A stretch of DNA of 55,621 nucleotides from Candidatus Elulimicrobiales bacterium. GTDB lineage: Bacteria > Patescibacteriota > Minisyncoccia > Phycocordibacterales > UBA5272. The position numbers were made by a program, and so were the translations under genes. Shown in pieces: positions 54,211 to 55,621 of this stretch (positions within the stretch are counted from its first letter, which is position 1; each line of letters begins with the position of its first letter). The notes beneath the pieces were generated by a model. It was given only the letters and a program-made list of their open reading frames with translations, searched no databases and was not told where the DNA came from. The stretch is taken from NCBI GenBank assembly GCA_034927475.1, contig JAYFPW010000006.1:75197-130817 (forward strand). Reading direction: 5' to 3'.

Positions 54211-55434
54211 ATGATGTTCAAATATAAAGCAATTAAAGCTGATGGTACAAGAATGGAAGGTAAAATTGAGGCGGCTACTGAAGACGATGCAATCGCCATT
54301 CTTCAAGATAGACAGCTTATAATTGTTTCAGTTGAACAATTTGAAGAGAAAAAAGTTTTCGGTTCTCCAACCACTGGTTTTAGGTTACCTTTTTTTGGTA
54401 AAAAAATTAAAGAAAAAGATATAGTGGTTTTTTCTCGTCAAATCGCCACTCTTTTTCAGTCAGGAGTTTCCGCTCTTCGTAGTTTTAGACTTGTAGCATC
54501 AGAAACAGAAAATATAAGATTAAGGCAAGTTTTAAATGCTATTGGAGATGATATTCAGTCTGGGTTATCTATTTCTGGCGCTATGTCCAAACACGATAAT
54601 GTTTTTGGAGTGTTTTATTCTAGTATGATTAAAGCTGGAGAAGAATCTGGAAAGTTAGATGAATCATTTCTTTATTTGGCAGACTATTTAGACAGAAACT
54701 ATGATTTGACTCAAAAAGTAAAAAAAGCCACAGCTTACCCTTCATTTGTCATTGCGGTTTTCGTTATAGTTATGGGGGTTGTTATTGCTTTTGTTATTCC
54801 AAAGTTTGCAGAAATGTTAACAGTGCAAGATCAAGAGCTACCTATGGCAACAAAGATTATTTTTGGAATAGGTACTTTTTCACAAAAATATGGGCTCATA
54901 GTTATTATAGTTTTAGCAGTTTTGGCTTACTATTTATATACCTTAGCTAAGACTCCATCAGGAAAACAATATTTAGATTATTTTAAATTAAAGATACCAG
55001 TATTAGGGACTCTAAGTAAAAAAATTTTTCTTTCGAGATTAACAGACAATATCGATACTATGCTTTCTTCCGGGGTTCCTATTGTTAGATCTCTTGAAAT
55101 TACTTCAGAAGTTGTAGATAATGTAGTCTTCAAAGACTTATTAATTAGAGTTTCAAAAAAGGTAAAAGGAGGTAAATCTTTATCCCAATCTTTTTATGAA
55201 GAAGAAGAATTACCAAATATTTTAGTACAAATGACGAAGATTGGAGAAGAAACTGGAAAATTAGGTTATATTCTTAAAAGTTTATCAACTTATTATAAAA
55301 GAGAAGTTTCTACTGCTATCGATACGACTTTATCACTCATAGAGCCAATACTTATTTTCTTACTCGCGGGAGGAGTAGGATTTCTTTTGGCAGCCGTTAT
55401 GATACCGATGTTCTCTGTTATGACTGGAATGTAA
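54211..55434 (+). CDS. pilC: Type IV pilus assembly platform protein PilC (GspF family)
   Basis: Two GspF-type repeats (FSRQIATLFQSGVSALRSF...; FLSRLTDNIDTMLSSGVPIVRSLEI...) with three TM segments. Confidence 0.9.
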   Translation: MMFKYKAIKADGTRMEGKIEAATEDDAIAILQDRQLIIVSVEQFEEKKVFGSPTTGFRLPFFGKKIKEKDIVVFSRQIATLFQSGVSALRSFRLVASETENIRLRQVLNAIGDDIQSGLSISGAMSKHDNVFGVFYSSMIKAGEESGKLDESFLYLADYLDRNYDLTQKVKKATAYPSFVIAVFVIVMGVVIAFVIPKFAEMLTVQDQELPMATKIIFGIGTFSQKYGLIVIIVLAVLAYYLYTLAKTPSGKQYLDYFKLKIPVLGTLSKKIFLSRLTDNIDTMLSSGVPIVRSLEITSEVVDNVVFKDLLIRVSKKVKGGKSLSQSFYEEEELPNILVQMTKIGEETGKLGYILKSLSTYYKREVSTAIDTTLSLIEPILIFLLAGGVGFLLAAVMIPMFSVMTGM

Positions 55435-55484
55435 AAGATATCCACACTATCTTTTCCAGTTATTTCTTATTTTTTCTATCGTTT

Positions 55485-55493
55485 TGCTATAAT
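55485..55493 (+). promoter_or_regulatory. Extended -10 element TGCTATAAT upstream of the pilin gene
   Basis: Read directly. Confidence 0.45.
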
Positions 55494-55541
55494 ATCCCTA
55501 TAAGACTGCACAAGTTTTATTATTAGTAATAAACAATTCAT

Positions 55542-55621
55542 ATGAAAAAAAATAATTTTACAAAAGGTTTTACACTTATTGAGCTCTTGGTGGTAGTAGC
55601 TATTATCGGTATTTTAGCTGC
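55542..55621 (+). CDS. Type IV pilin or pseudopilin, N-terminal fragment truncated by the window edge
   Basis: MKKNNFTKG|FTLIELLVVVAIIGILAA is the class III signal peptide / N-methylation motif. Confidence 0.85.
   Translation, partial: MKKNNFTKGFTLIELLVVVAIIGILA

Overview
The window is AT-rich (about 30% GC by eye) with short genes. I infer it comes from a reduced-genome bacterium, most likely Candidate Phyla Radiation / Patescibacteria. That rests on a divergent stand-alone 16S gene, no L30 gene, type IV pilus genes, a phosphoketolase-acetate kinase pair, and many K/E-rich or Cys-rich orphan proteins. The standard genetic code applies. About half the window is translation and secretion housekeeping: tuf, 21 ribosomal-protein genes, secY, map, fusA, efp, recG, secDF and one 16S rRNA gene. 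The normally invariant str-S10-spc gene order is broken into four self-contained blocks: tuf-S10-L3-L4-L23-L2, a monocistronic S12 cassette, S14-S8-L6-L18-S5-L15-secY-X-map, and S7-fusA. The S19-L22-S3-L16-S17-L14-L24-L5 block lies 26 kb downstream of L2. Between fusA and rpsS sits a roughly 15 kb accessory island of mostly single-gene units. It holds a membrane protein with an Ala/Gly tract, a secreted Asn/Tyr-rich protein, a soluble TraD/VirD4-like P-loop ATPase, efp, two paralogous surface proteins, two tiny stand-alone genes, an overlapping helical-protein/GNAT-like pair, and an 1180-aa Cys-rich tandem-repeat surface protein. The observation I rate highest is that the 16S 3' tail reads GAUUAAUUCAAUU where GAUCACCUCCUUA is expected, so there is no CCUCC anti-Shine-Dalgarno core. 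Consistent with that, no gene in the window has a Shine-Dalgarno motif. Promoters are almost all extended -10 (TGnTATAAT-like), and several start codons sit 7-8 nt after the -10 element, implying leaderless mRNAs. The 16S gene is unlinked: it has its own promoter and terminator, with no 23S, 5S or tRNA nearby. It is bracketed by a 20-bp processing stem that also encloses a structured 3' trailer of about 155 nt. I found no CRISPR array, tRNA, transposase, integrase or reverse transcriptase. All homology calls come from motif recognition by eye, not database searches.
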